Assembly: GCA_038245785.1 (NCBI GenBank)
Contig: JBBRSB010000001.1
Coordinates: 82,725 to 146,724 of the forward strand
DNA from: Gloeobacterales cyanobacterium
GTDB taxonomy: Bacteria > Cyanobacteriota > Cyanobacteriia > Gloeobacterales > PMM-0068
DNA length: 64,000 nucleotides
Reading direction: 5' to 3'
Made by a program: the position numbers and the translations under genes. Each line of letters begins with the position of its first letter. Position 1 is the first letter of the stretch. Below, piece by piece: positions 46,289 to 55,237 of this stretch. The notes under the pieces are model-generated. The model ran no database searches and was not told the origin of the DNA. It worked only from the letters and a program-made list of their open reading frames with translations.

Positions 46289-48520
46289 ATGCTCATGAAC
46301 GTATCTGTCATAATCCCTGCTTGTAACGCGGCAGAAACTATAGCTGAGACGCTGGAATCTCTATGCTCTCAGACTTTTGGGAATTGGGAAGCCGTGGTAG
46401 TTATCAACGACTCCAGCGATGAAACCGATGCTGTGGTAACAGGTTTCTCAAAACGAGATTCTCGGATTCGGACCGTAAGCCAATCGCAAAAGGGCGTAAG
46501 TGCTGCTCGGAACACGGGCCTTAGCCTGGCTCGTTTTGAATGGATACTCTTCTTAGATGCTGATGATTGGATTGCCCCTTCTTATTTTGAGCAGATGATG
46601 GCTGTTCTCTTACGAACCCCTGCGCTGGATGCTGTTAATTGTGGTTGGGCTCGTGTCGCCAGTGATGGAACTACCTACCGCTACAGTAATGACTGTTCAT
46701 CGGGAGATATATTCTCTAGGGCCGCCCATGTTTGTCCCTTTGCCATGCATGCCTGCATTGTTCGTCGTGCCCTCATTCAGTCCGTTGGCGGCTTTGATAT
46801 TTCCTTATCAAGCTGTGAAGACTGGGATCTCTGGCAGCGGATTGCTCGTACAGGTGCTCGCTTCGCTGCCGTAAATGAAATACTTGCCTTCTATCGGGTA
46901 CGCCCAGGTTCATCCTCTACGGATGGAGTCCAGCTGTTGACGGATGGCCTTCTGGTCCTTACACAGGGGTACTCTCCTGATCCGCGCGTAATGAACCCGA
47001 AACCCAGTCATGCTGAGGGTCTATCCAGAGAAACCCTCAGTATTTGCAAGATCCGTTTTGCCAGCTGGTGTGCAGGACTTCTCCTGGGTCGCCATGAAGA
47101 TGCTCGCCCCCTGCTTAGCCTCCTAGACTATGGGCCTATTCCCCAACTGGAGCCAGCGGTGGTGGGTCGCTGTATCTTTGAAGCTGGGGTTTTACCTGGG
47201 GGCTTTGCCCCTGTGGCCTGGATCAAACTATGGCCTCAAATTGGACGACATATTGATACATTCCTGCTTGCGCTTGAAGAGCACCTTCAACATCCAGGAT
47301 TGGCTCGTTACGCTCGTGCTTCTTTAGAGAGAGAGATTTTAGATCATGCCTCAACCCTATGGCCGCAGACCATTGGAGCTACCTATGCAGTGCATATTGA
47401 ACTTACAGAGTCCATACCCGATATTTTTCCGCCCGCTTTAGTCGAACGCCTTCTATGCAGTGTCGAACTGAAGGGGAGACGTATCGGCACAGTTGTCTTA
47501 CCCGCGCTCTATGGGCCCGTTTACGGACCCGCTATTGCAAAGGCTATTATTCATGAATTTACGCGTGGTTTTTTACGACCTTCCACTAACCTCAGCAAGC
47601 GATTCGTTCCAAACGTACAAAAATTTAAGCAGGACAAGAGCTTTTCAGAAAGAGTGGCTAATTTCCTATCACGAGTAGGCCTAGCTGCTCTTCGGCTCGT
47701 TGCTTTAAGCCTTTTAGTCCAAGGACGCTTGAGGAATCGGCTCAATAGGTCTTTCAGCCGTTCCCGACCTTCTTCAGAATCATCAAAATCTGAGCTTCCT
47801 GCTGATAAGCCATCGGTCACCGAGCAGCTTCCTATTCTTATGTACCACCGCATAGCCTCATCGGGTTTACCAGATCTAGCCCGTTATCGTGTAACTCCCG
47901 AAGCCTTTGAGGAGCAGCTTCGTTATTTAAAAGATGCAGGATTTTATAGCATTAAGCTTGAGGACTGGCATGCTGCTGTGCAGGCGAGGAAATCTCTGCC
48001 AGAACGGGCAGTGCTCATTACTTTTGATGATGGATATTTAGATTTTCAAACCTATGCCTGGCCCCTGCTAAAGCGCTATGGCTTCTCAGCCACGGTTTTT
48101 CTGGTCTCTGGTAATGTCGGTCAATTTAATAGCTGGGACCAAAAGAACTATAAAGAGGAAGTCCCTCTTCTTGGATGGGAGGATATCCTCCAGCTTCAAC
48201 GGGAAGGCGTGGAGTTTGGCTGTCATTCGGTAAGCCACGATCCAATGACTAAACTTTCTATCAAAGAAGTTATGTACGAGGGCACACAAGCACAGTTAGT
48301 CCTTGAGCGAGAGCTAGGCAAGAAGATGGTTGCTTTTGCCTATCCTTACGGCGATGTCGACTGGGTAGTTCAGCATCTTATTGAAGATTGCGGCTATACG
48401 TTTGGTTTATCTTGCCGTTCAGGTAAAAGCGCTTTTCAAGATTCATTAATTGCTCTACCTCGTATTGAAATAAAAGGCTCGGATAGCTTACAAGAGTTTA
48501 TCAGAAAGCTCAACGAGTAG
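46289..48520 (+). CDS. GT2 glycosyltransferase, unknown central region and polysaccharide deacetylase (NodB-type) fusion
   Basis: N-terminus VSVIIPACNAAETI..LESLCSQTF and FLDADDW. C-terminus ILMYHRI, LITFDDGY and GCHSVSH (NodB motifs). About 270 aa in between are unassigned. Confidence 0.85.
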   Translation: MLMNVSVIIPACNAAETIAETLESLCSQTFGNWEAVVVINDSSDETDAVVTGFSKRDSRIRTVSQSQKGVSAARNTGLSLARFEWILFLDADDWIAPSYFEQMMAVLLRTPALDAVNCGWARVASDGTTYRYSNDCSSGDIFSRAAHVCPFAMHACIVRRALIQSVGGFDISLSSCEDWDLWQRIARTGARFAAVNEILAFYRVRPGSSSTDGVQLLTDGLLVLTQGYSPDPRVMNPKPSHAEGLSRETLSICKIRFASWCAGLLLGRHEDARPLLSLLDYGPIPQLEPAVVGRCIFEAGVLPGGFAPVAWIKLWPQIGRHIDTFLLALEEHLQHPGLARYARASLEREILDHASTLWPQTIGATYAVHIELTESIPDIFPPALVERLLCSVELKGRRIGTVVLPALYGPVYGPAIAKAIIHEFTRGFLRPSTNLSKRFVPNVQKFKQDKSFSERVANFLSRVGLAALRLVALSLLVQGRLRNRLNRSFSRSRPSSESSKSELPADKPSVTEQLPILMYHRIASSGLPDLARYRVTPEAFEEQLRYLKDAGFYSIKLEDWHAAVQARKSLPERAVLITFDDGYLDFQTYAWPLLKRYGFSATVFLVSGNVGQFNSWDQKNYKEEVPLLGWEDILQLQREGVEFGCHSVSHDPMTKLSIKEVMYEGTQAQLVLERELGKKMVAFAYPYGDVDWVVQHLIEDCGYTFGLSCRSGKSAFQDSLIALPRIEIKGSDSLQEFIRKLNE

Positions 48521-48574
48521 TCAGCTATTCCTGCAATAAGCTAAAAAACTCTATCTCAATTAAAGACAAGCTAA

Positions 48575-49606
48575 ATGAAAGAAAAGTTGGTCGCATTTTC
48601 GACTGAAGAAATTAAAAAAATAATTTTGTCAGATTTTCCTGACTTTATCATTGAAGATATTCATTTTCTTACACAAGGTTGGGATAATTTTGTCTACAGG
48701 GTAAATAGTAGATATATTTTTAGATTCCCAAAGAGTTCATATAACGAACATCAACTAAAGACAGAAATTCTCTTGCTTAAAAAGCTTTCAAGTCAGGTTT
48801 TTGTGCCTGTTCCTGTCTTTCAATTCATCGGCAAAGAATCCTCAGTAGTGTTTTCTCCAGCTGCTGAAAGTAAGCTTACAAGGAGAATACAATTATTGAA
48901 AAAAATCGCACGTCGAGGCATACCCATAGATGATTTCAGTAAGCTAAGAGCAGTGCTATATAATAAAATTTTTGTAGGGTATGAAGAAATCCATGGCTCT
49001 GCTCTAAAAAAGAACGTTCTGAGTCAACTTTCAGCAGAGCAGCAGGATGAAGTCGCACAGGTAATTACTAGGTTTTTGTCATCTTTACATTCTTTCTGCA
49101 TTGATGAAGCAAGGAATATAGGGATTGATGAACGACATAATAAAAAACATTACGAACTTCTTTTCAATGAAGTTCAAAGTTCTATATTTCCTCGTTTGAT
49201 ACCAGAACATTGCAGCATCATATCAGAGCTATTTTATAGCTATATCAGTGACGTGGAAAATCATGTCTATCAGCCAGCACTACTGCATGGAGATTTATCT
49301 TCTAATCATATTCTGTTTGATAAATCTATGGATAAAACAACAGGGATTATAGATTTTGGAGAAGCTTGCATAGGAGATCCAGACTATGACTTAACTCATC
49401 TAGCGTGGGATTATGGTGAGGACTTCTTAAAAGTTATGCTCAAGTATTATGCTGCTAAAGACCCAAATAGGCTACTGAAAAAGCTGAAGTTCTTCCAGTG
49501 TTTTCATCGTTTGGACATTATGTGCTACGGCGTAAGAACAAAAGACAAAGAGCTCTTTAATAAGGGTTGGATATTACTCAGAAAGACTCTTCCTGAGCTT
49601 GATTAG
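48575..49606 (+). CDS. APH/ChoK-like phosphotransferase
   Basis: Brenner motif LLHGDLSSNHILF and IIDFGEACIGDPDYDL. Strongly AT-rich: my hand count gives 14 and 16 G+C in the 60-nt lines at 48601 and 49141. Confidence 0.8.
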   Translation: MKEKLVAFSTEEIKKIILSDFPDFIIEDIHFLTQGWDNFVYRVNSRYIFRFPKSSYNEHQLKTEILLLKKLSSQVFVPVPVFQFIGKESSVVFSPAAESKLTRRIQLLKKIARRGIPIDDFSKLRAVLYNKIFVGYEEIHGSALKKNVLSQLSAEQQDEVAQVITRFLSSLHSFCIDEARNIGIDERHNKKHYELLFNEVQSSIFPRLIPEHCSIISELFYSYISDVENHVYQPALLHGDLSSNHILFDKSMDKTTGIIDFGEACIGDPDYDLTHLAWDYGEDFLKVMLKYYAAKDPNRLLKKLKFFQCFHRLDIMCYGVRTKDKELFNKGWILLRKTLPELD

Positions 49607-49956
49607 CCAGAGTTTATCTGACATCCTCATTTATATAAGTATCTGGTGCAAACAGGTCATGAATGAGCAGGTCGAATCTATAAAGATGAATAAGAGCTGG
49701 TAAGTTGAACTCCTGACTGATCAAATTTCATCAGATGCTATGTACGGTCTTTGTCAATTCAAAGACGTGGTTTCCAACATTTTGCCTGAAGGTTCATGAT
49801 TGGGTTCAATTCTGGATAATCCCAAAACATTTCGCCGTACGTCGTGTAGCAGACGCGACATGTCATGTCTCTACCGCACACAAACAGGGGATAATGGCAA
49901 TTGGGTGGAATGGCATACCTATGCGGAAACCAGAATCATAAAATTGCCTATCAACA

Positions 49957-52227
49957 TTAACCATCTTGCCGCAAATCTAAGGTCAACGGATATTCAGGAC
50001 TGATATATAAAGTGGGCACGCTAACTTTTCCTGTGGCGGGTTTAAGCGCCATAAATCGTTCTTTCATACGGGATGTTGCTTCTTGAGGACTGGTGGGAAA
50101 CTTTTCATAGGCTTCCCCATTGGGTCGATTCACATGGTATATACAACCGCCTAGGGATTTTTCTTCTTGAGTATCGATTAGGTTAAATACCAGGGGGCTG
50201 TGGGGATCGATAGAAGGGTGTAAGGACGCAGCAAATTGTCTCGCTCGAAAACGTACCCCGCCTAAATATTCACCAGGTGTTCCTGTTGATTTTAGAGGGA
50301 CTAGTCGATCATTACAGGTCACGACATAATGAGATGAAAAGTTATCCTCTTCTGAAGAGCTTCCTATTGCTCCGCGCAGCGTAACTTGCATCCGTTCCAT
50401 AGAAGAGTCTACATAGCGAGCTGTCTGGCCTCCTATAGTTTCTTCTCCCAATACATGCCACGGTTCAATCGCATGGTGCAACTCTAATTGGAGCGCAGTA
50501 TGGTCAAGTGCCTGTAGCGTAACGTCACCATAACGGGGAAAACGAAATTCAAAGAAAGGCTCAAACCATTCGGACTTGAAGGGATAACCTGATTGCTCTA
50601 GATCGGCTATTATCTCCTTTAAATCTTCCCCAAGGTAATAGGGCAGCATAAAACGATCGTGCAGTGTAGTTCCCCAGCGAATGAGACGCTCCGTATATGG
50701 TTTTTCCCAAAACCAAGCAACTAACGCACGAATCAGTAGCATTTGGAGCAAGCTCATCTGCACATGGGGAGACATAGAAAATGCTCGAAATTCTAATAGC
50801 CCCAACTGCGTACGATAATTTTCCATGGGGAATAATTTATCAATACAAAAGGCAGTGCGATGCGTGTTGCCTGTGACATCTATTAATAGATTGCGCAATA
50901 GGCGATCCACTAAGAATGCAGGCACTTCTTGGTTAGGTTTTAAGGTTTGAAAGGCAATTTCCAACTCATATAAACTCTCATGCCGAGCCTCATCAACCCG
51001 AGGAGCTTGACTGGTAGGACCCACAAAAAGTCCGGCAAATAAATAGGAGAGACTGGGATGGTTTTGCCAATAGCTAATCAAACTCCGCAGTAAATCGGGG
51101 CGTCGCAGGAGTGGGCTTTCTTCGGTAGTTCGACCGCCAATCGTGATGTGTGCGCCTCCACCCGTATCTACACGACGACCATCTTTGGCATATTTCTCGA
51201 TGCCAAGACCACATTTTTCAGCCTCTTCCTGGAGTATGGTGTGGATTTTGATTAGATCCTGCCAACTGGCTGCCGGATGAATATTCACCTCAATCACACC
51301 AGGGTCCGGTGTAATTTGGAAACCAATAATCCCTGCATTTCCAAGAGGAGGATAGCCCTCAATTAAAATGGGAATTCCTGCTTCTCCTGCACTGTCTTCA
51401 ATGGCCGCAATTAAATCGGCATACCCTCTAGCTGAACTAAAGGGAGGAAGAAAAACGTGCAAAAGTCCGTCTCTCACTTCTATACTCAGCGCTACTCGAA
51501 TCGAATTATCAGGTGACGCAACTGGGATAGGACTGGGAGCAATGGATTCACTATCCAGAGAAACAATTGCTTCTTCCTCCAAGTCTTCCACCCAAGGAAT
51601 CATCCCTAAAGGTAAACGCAATCCCAGAGGAGAATAGCCTTGGATGAGTTGGAGCCTATTTTCCGGTGGGGTCCAGCGACAGCTTTGCCAATGTAAGGGC
51701 AATTCTTCTTCCCGGCGGACTGCCAAGAGAGGCAAAGTGTAACCAGCTAGCTCATTGGTTTCAGGTTCATAGGCAGGCAGTACATATTCTGGTGATATCC
51801 CTAAGCGTTGGATTAAAGCCTGGATGAAAATAGCTACTTCTTGCTGGGTATGGCTATAATCCTTGCCTTCCATAGCGAGGAGCTTAGGATTGCGCCAAAG
51901 GGGAACCCCATCTTCGCGCCAGTAACAAGCCAAAGCCCATCGGGGCATCGCTTCTCCGGGATACCATTTCCCTTGCCCATAGTGCAATAGCCCACCTTGG
52001 GCAGAGAATCTAGGACCAAGGCGACTCAGCAGTTTTCTGGCTAATGCTCGTTTCTCGTCTCCCAGTGCTGCAACTTGCCATTGCAAAGATTCAAAGTCGT
52101 CCGTGGAGACAAAAGTAGGCTCTCCTCCCATGGTCAAGCCGACACCCAAGCGGTTGAGCTGTTTTTCTACCTGTTGCCCTAATGCATCAATCTCTCGCCA
52201 TTGCTCTTCGGTATAGGGGTGGCTCAC
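49957..52227 (-). CDS. DUF2126 family protein (putative amidoligase), stand-alone form
   Basis: ..LGVGLTMGGEPTFVSTDDFESLQWQVAALGDEKR..GGLLHYGQGKWYPGE..PRWAL is the DUF2126 opening pattern. GTG start. No transglutaminase core is seen N-terminal to it. Confidence 0.8.
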   Translation of the reverse strand: MSHPYTEEQWREIDALGQQVEKQLNRLGVGLTMGGEPTFVSTDDFESLQWQVAALGDEKRALARKLLSRLGPRFSAQGGLLHYGQGKWYPGEAMPRWALACYWREDGVPLWRNPKLLAMEGKDYSHTQQEVAIFIQALIQRLGISPEYVLPAYEPETNELAGYTLPLLAVRREEELPLHWQSCRWTPPENRLQLIQGYSPLGLRLPLGMIPWVEDLEEEAIVSLDSESIAPSPIPVASPDNSIRVALSIEVRDGLLHVFLPPFSSARGYADLIAAIEDSAGEAGIPILIEGYPPLGNAGIIGFQITPDPGVIEVNIHPAASWQDLIKIHTILQEEAEKCGLGIEKYAKDGRRVDTGGGAHITIGGRTTEESPLLRRPDLLRSLISYWQNHPSLSYLFAGLFVGPTSQAPRVDEARHESLYELEIAFQTLKPNQEVPAFLVDRLLRNLLIDVTGNTHRTAFCIDKLFPMENYRTQLGLLEFRAFSMSPHVQMSLLQMLLIRALVAWFWEKPYTERLIRWGTTLHDRFMLPYYLGEDLKEIIADLEQSGYPFKSEWFEPFFEFRFPRYGDVTLQALDHTALQLELHHAIEPWHVLGEETIGGQTARYVDSSMERMQVTLRGAIGSSSEEDNFSSHYVVTCNDRLVPLKSTGTPGEYLGGVRFRARQFAASLHPSIDPHSPLVFNLIDTQEEKSLGGCIYHVNRPNGEAYEKFPTSPQEATSRMKERFMALKPATGKVSVPTLYISPEYPLTLDLRQDG

Positions 52228-52251
52228 GCTGGGAGATTCCTCTTGGGTGAA

Positions 52252-52926
52252 TTAAACAAGACGGTGACCACAACTAGAACAGAAGCGGTCTTCAGGCTCG
52301 ACGGCGGTGCCACATTGACTGCAAAAGCGGCGGGTGCTCGTTGTACCTGCCGCCGCAGGCTTATCGGCAGCGATAGGTGGACTTGGAGTTTTTGGAGTAC
52401 TCGAAACTGCAGGCGAACCCATGCGCATTTCCATATCTCCCATCCGCATTTCCATGGGGTTCATCTGCATGCCCCCCATGCTCATCGGTTTCATGGGCTC
52501 CATCGGCTTCATCGGGCTCATCTGCATCCCTCCCATATTCATCGGCTTCATCGGCTCCATCGGAGGCATAGAAGAGGAAGGGATACCCGCCACTTGTTGT
52601 ACTTGCATTTGCTGAGAACCGCTGAGGGAGGGCGATCCTGCCATCACCTGCATGCTACTTCCTTGGATATGAATAAAATGTTCGCCCTGCGCTGTGGTAA
52701 CTTTCAGAACCGCTCCGCCTGTGGTCTGAAAAATTTCAGGGGGAACACTCCAAGCTCCTGTATGAAAACCAGTACTGGACTGCTGCTGTTGTCCAGGACC
52801 ACCGCTCATAGTGGTGACAACTGTCTGCGTTCCCTGATTATCAAGATAAATTCTTTGGCCTGTGCCTAGCTCGCATGCATAAGCCATAGGCGCCTCATCA
52901 GTATGAAAAAGTTCTTTTATTGTCAT
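52252..52926 (-). CDS. Met/Gln-rich protein with a C-terminal CxxC-x10-CxxC zinc ribbon
   Basis: FCSQCGTAVEPEDRFCSSCGHRL is at the C-terminus. Residues 120-169 contain 20 Met by my count. The gene ends 24 nt before the DUF2126 GTG, with AGAGGA in the gap. Confidence 0.7.
   Translation of the reverse strand: MTIKELFHTDEAPMAYACELGTGQRIYLDNQGTQTVVTTMSGGPGQQQQSSTGFHTGAWSVPPEIFQTTGGAVLKVTTAQGEHFIHIQGSSMQVMAGSPSLSGSQQMQVQQVAGIPSSSMPPMEPMKPMNMGGMQMSPMKPMEPMKPMSMGGMQMNPMEMRMGDMEMRMGSPAVSSTPKTPSPPIAADKPAAAGTTSTRRFCSQCGTAVEPEDRFCSSCGHRLV
52420..52569 (-). repeat. in-frame tandem repeat encoding PMEPMKPM(N/S)MGGMQM units
   Basis: The protein reads PMEPMKPMNMGGMQMS / PMKPMEPMKPMSMGGMQMN / PMEMRMGDMEMRMG. 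The + strand DNA is a run of CAT-containing near-repeats. Confidence 0.75.
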
Positions 52927-53333
52927 CTTTCGGTAGTGACAGATTGCTGATTCTTAACAATTGTATTAGCTGAAAGTTTATGGTGATACCTCTGTAGCGC
53001 ATACATACAGGAGACTGATCAATCTGGAGCGCTTATCATGCTGATTTTGCATGGAAACGATAACGTTAATGCATCATAAATTACTCGACTCAGCGCTCTA
53101 ATTACCAGATGTTTTGCATTAAGAAATCTACCGTTCATTCATTAATCACAGTTGTAGTGGTGCATATCTCCATTGATAGGCACAGAAGTACGAAATTCTG
53201 CAAATACAGCGGAATCCTCTTTCTCCAAGAAGATAGATGATAATTCTTAATCTTTCTTTGTCCAGGGTTACAATTGACGGACGCTGATATTTATATCAAC
53301 CGCAATTATGGAATGGTTTGCCCACGTTGACCC

Positions 53334-53600
53334 ATGAACGCTGAGCCTCAAGTCAAAACCACCATATTCGACACCCAAGCGGGTTTTGAGCATTTTTGGG
53401 CTGGATTGAAACGAGAGGGCTTCCGCAAGGTAAAAGTGCTATATCACGGACGCACCCGCCGATGGAAGGTGGAAACCCTCTGTGAAAATCTGGATGACCC
53501 AGAACGCCTGCAAAAATTGGAGCATGAGGCCAAAGATATAGAGGAAGCCGCCCAGCATCTTGAGCGGATGGTCTACCCGCCTAGGTCTTGGGATGAATGA
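53334..53600 (+). CDS. hypothetical protein
   Basis: 88-aa ORF. No motif recognised. Confidence 0.45.
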   Translation: MNAEPQVKTTIFDTQAGFEHFWAGLKREGFRKVKVLYHGRTRRWKVETLCENLDDPERLQKLEHEAKDIEEAAQHLERMVYPPRSWDE

Positions 53601-53745
53601 AGTTACATCACCTTGTCATCTGAGACTAGAGGTTGGACCATAGAGACACGATAAGGTCAACCATTGGCTAAACTCTAGCGCCTAGAGATAGTGAGCAAAG
53701 CAGTTTGAGTTTTGGGTGAATCGGAAGGGGAGTAGCTAAAGCACG

Positions 53746-54939
53746 ATGAACGCGCAAAAGACGCGGGAGCAATCTATCAGTCCTAGAGACTGGTCGTGGC
53801 CTTTCTGGCCACTAGTACCTCTTTACCCATACGGTAAGCGGCGGACCCTCCGTCAAGAAGTGCTTAAAGACACCATCTGGACGTTTGACCAAATTCAGGG
53901 TGTTTTATACGTCGTCACACCGATTCGCATGACCGTCGTAAAACTCGATGAAGGCGGTTTGTTTGTTTTTGCTCCAATTGCCCCAACCCGAGAGTGTATC
54001 CGGCTTGTTAAAGAACTAGTGGCAGAACATGGGGATGTCAAATACATCATCCTGCCCACCGTATCCGGCCTAGAGCACAAAGTATTTGTTGGTCCTTTTG
54101 CTAGACGTTTTCCCCAGGCCCAGGTTTTCATGGCACCCAACCAGTGGAGCTTTCCCCTCAATCTCCCCCTTAGCTGGTTGGGCTTACCTTTAGGGCGTAC
54201 CCATCTGCTTCCAGAAGACAGTAACAAAGCTCCCTTTACCAATCAGTTTGACTACGCTATTCTCGGCCCTATTGGGGTTGGTCAACCCTATGAAGAAGTA
54301 GCCTTTTTTCACAGACGAACCCGTACACTACTTATACTTGATGCAGTAGTTTCCATCTCAGAAGACCCCCCTGCTATCGTCCAACTGGACCCCTATCCCT
54401 TACTGTTTCATGCCAGAGATAATGCCTTCGATATCGTCGAAGATACAGAGGAAAATCGACGCAAGGGCTGGAAACGCATCTCTCTATTCACATTCTATTT
54501 CCAACCAAGTGCCTTGCATGTAATTGGCTTAAAGCAGGCGTTCCGCGATGCCTGTAAAGCTCCAGACCGCTCTAAGAAAGCATATTTCGGCCTCTTCCCC
54601 TTCCGCTGGAAACCCATCTGGGAGGAATCTTTTGCTTCTCTGCGAGGCGGCGGACGTCTATTTGTAGCCCCCATTTTGCAAGCGCTGATTCTGAACCGAG
54701 CGCCCCGGCAAACCTTGGAGTGGGCTGATAAAGTAGCAAGCTGGAATTTTCAACGCATCATTCCCTGTCATGCAGACTCACCGCTTGAAGTTGGTTCTCA
54801 GCAATTTCGGCAAGCCTTTGCCTTCCTAGAAAAGAAATCGTTAGTAGAGGGAAAAAATCATCTTCTTCCTGAAGCAGACTTTGAATTGCTTAGAAAAATT
54901 GAGAAAGCGCTGTCTCTACCGCCTCCACCCGCAAATTAG
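53746..54939 (+). CDS. DUF4336 domain protein
   Basis: WTFDQIQGVLYVVTPIRMTVVKL..GGLFVFAPIAPT.EC..LV.EL...G.VKYIILPT is the pattern of the cyanobacteria/plant DUF4336 family. Confidence 0.75.
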   Translation: MNAQKTREQSISPRDWSWPFWPLVPLYPYGKRRTLRQEVLKDTIWTFDQIQGVLYVVTPIRMTVVKLDEGGLFVFAPIAPTRECIRLVKELVAEHGDVKYIILPTVSGLEHKVFVGPFARRFPQAQVFMAPNQWSFPLNLPLSWLGLPLGRTHLLPEDSNKAPFTNQFDYAILGPIGVGQPYEEVAFFHRRTRTLLILDAVVSISEDPPAIVQLDPYPLLFHARDNAFDIVEDTEENRRKGWKRISLFTFYFQPSALHVIGLKQAFRDACKAPDRSKKAYFGLFPFRWKPIWEESFASLRGGGRLFVAPILQALILNRAPRQTLEWADKVASWNFQRIIPCHADSPLEVGSQQFRQAFAFLEKKSLVEGKNHLLPEADFELLRKIEKALSLPPPPAN

Positions 54940-55237
54940 CTAGTGAATATAATTCTCTATCTCTCTCTGTTACATTTCATAATATTTTTTCGCAAGCATT
55001 TTCTGAGTGCTTAGGGCAAGGCTCACTCTTCTAAATGCTCTCCTAAAGAGCATTCCAGCTCTATTAGCGCCTATTCTAATAGATTTAGGTAAGGGGCAAA
55101 AGACCAAGCTCAGAATCCTCAGATATGACAACTTCCTTAAAACTAAAGATCTGTAGGCTTCCACGTTGCACAATCCACACTAGCTAGAATTAAACTCCTG
55201 CTCCTTAGACACCCTCTTAATAGGCCACCCCTCCACT

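Noticed and set aside
49620-49956. Cys-rich short frame on the minus strand downstream of DUF2126 (..PNCHYPLFVCGRDMTCRVCYTTYGEMFWDYPELNPIMNLQAKCWKPRL*), plus the two + strand ORFs at 49735-49941 and 49800-50003.
   Set aside because: The longest ATG-initiated version is about 35 aa with a weak ribosome-binding site. I could not assign it to a zinc-ribbon family with confidence. The + strand ORFs have no support. It may be a gene fragment.
52201-52869. Long + strand ORFs rich in His/Arg (222 aa, 93 aa, 64 aa), antisense to the Met-rich gene.
   Set aside because: They are mirror images of an ATG-rich coding repeat (ATG reads as CAT). They lack a ribosome-binding context and any domain. The - strand frame ends in a clean zinc ribbon and is tightly coupled to the next gene. 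I cannot formally exclude translation without data.
54940-55237. Search for an NtcA site (GTA-N8-TAC) or other nitrogen-control signal upstream of gltB. The region also holds two small hairpins at about 55034-55054 and 55061-55082.
   Set aside because: Only half-site matches were seen (for example GTAGGCTTCCACGT). The hairpins are short (7-8 bp) and lack U-tracts, so no regulatory call is justified.
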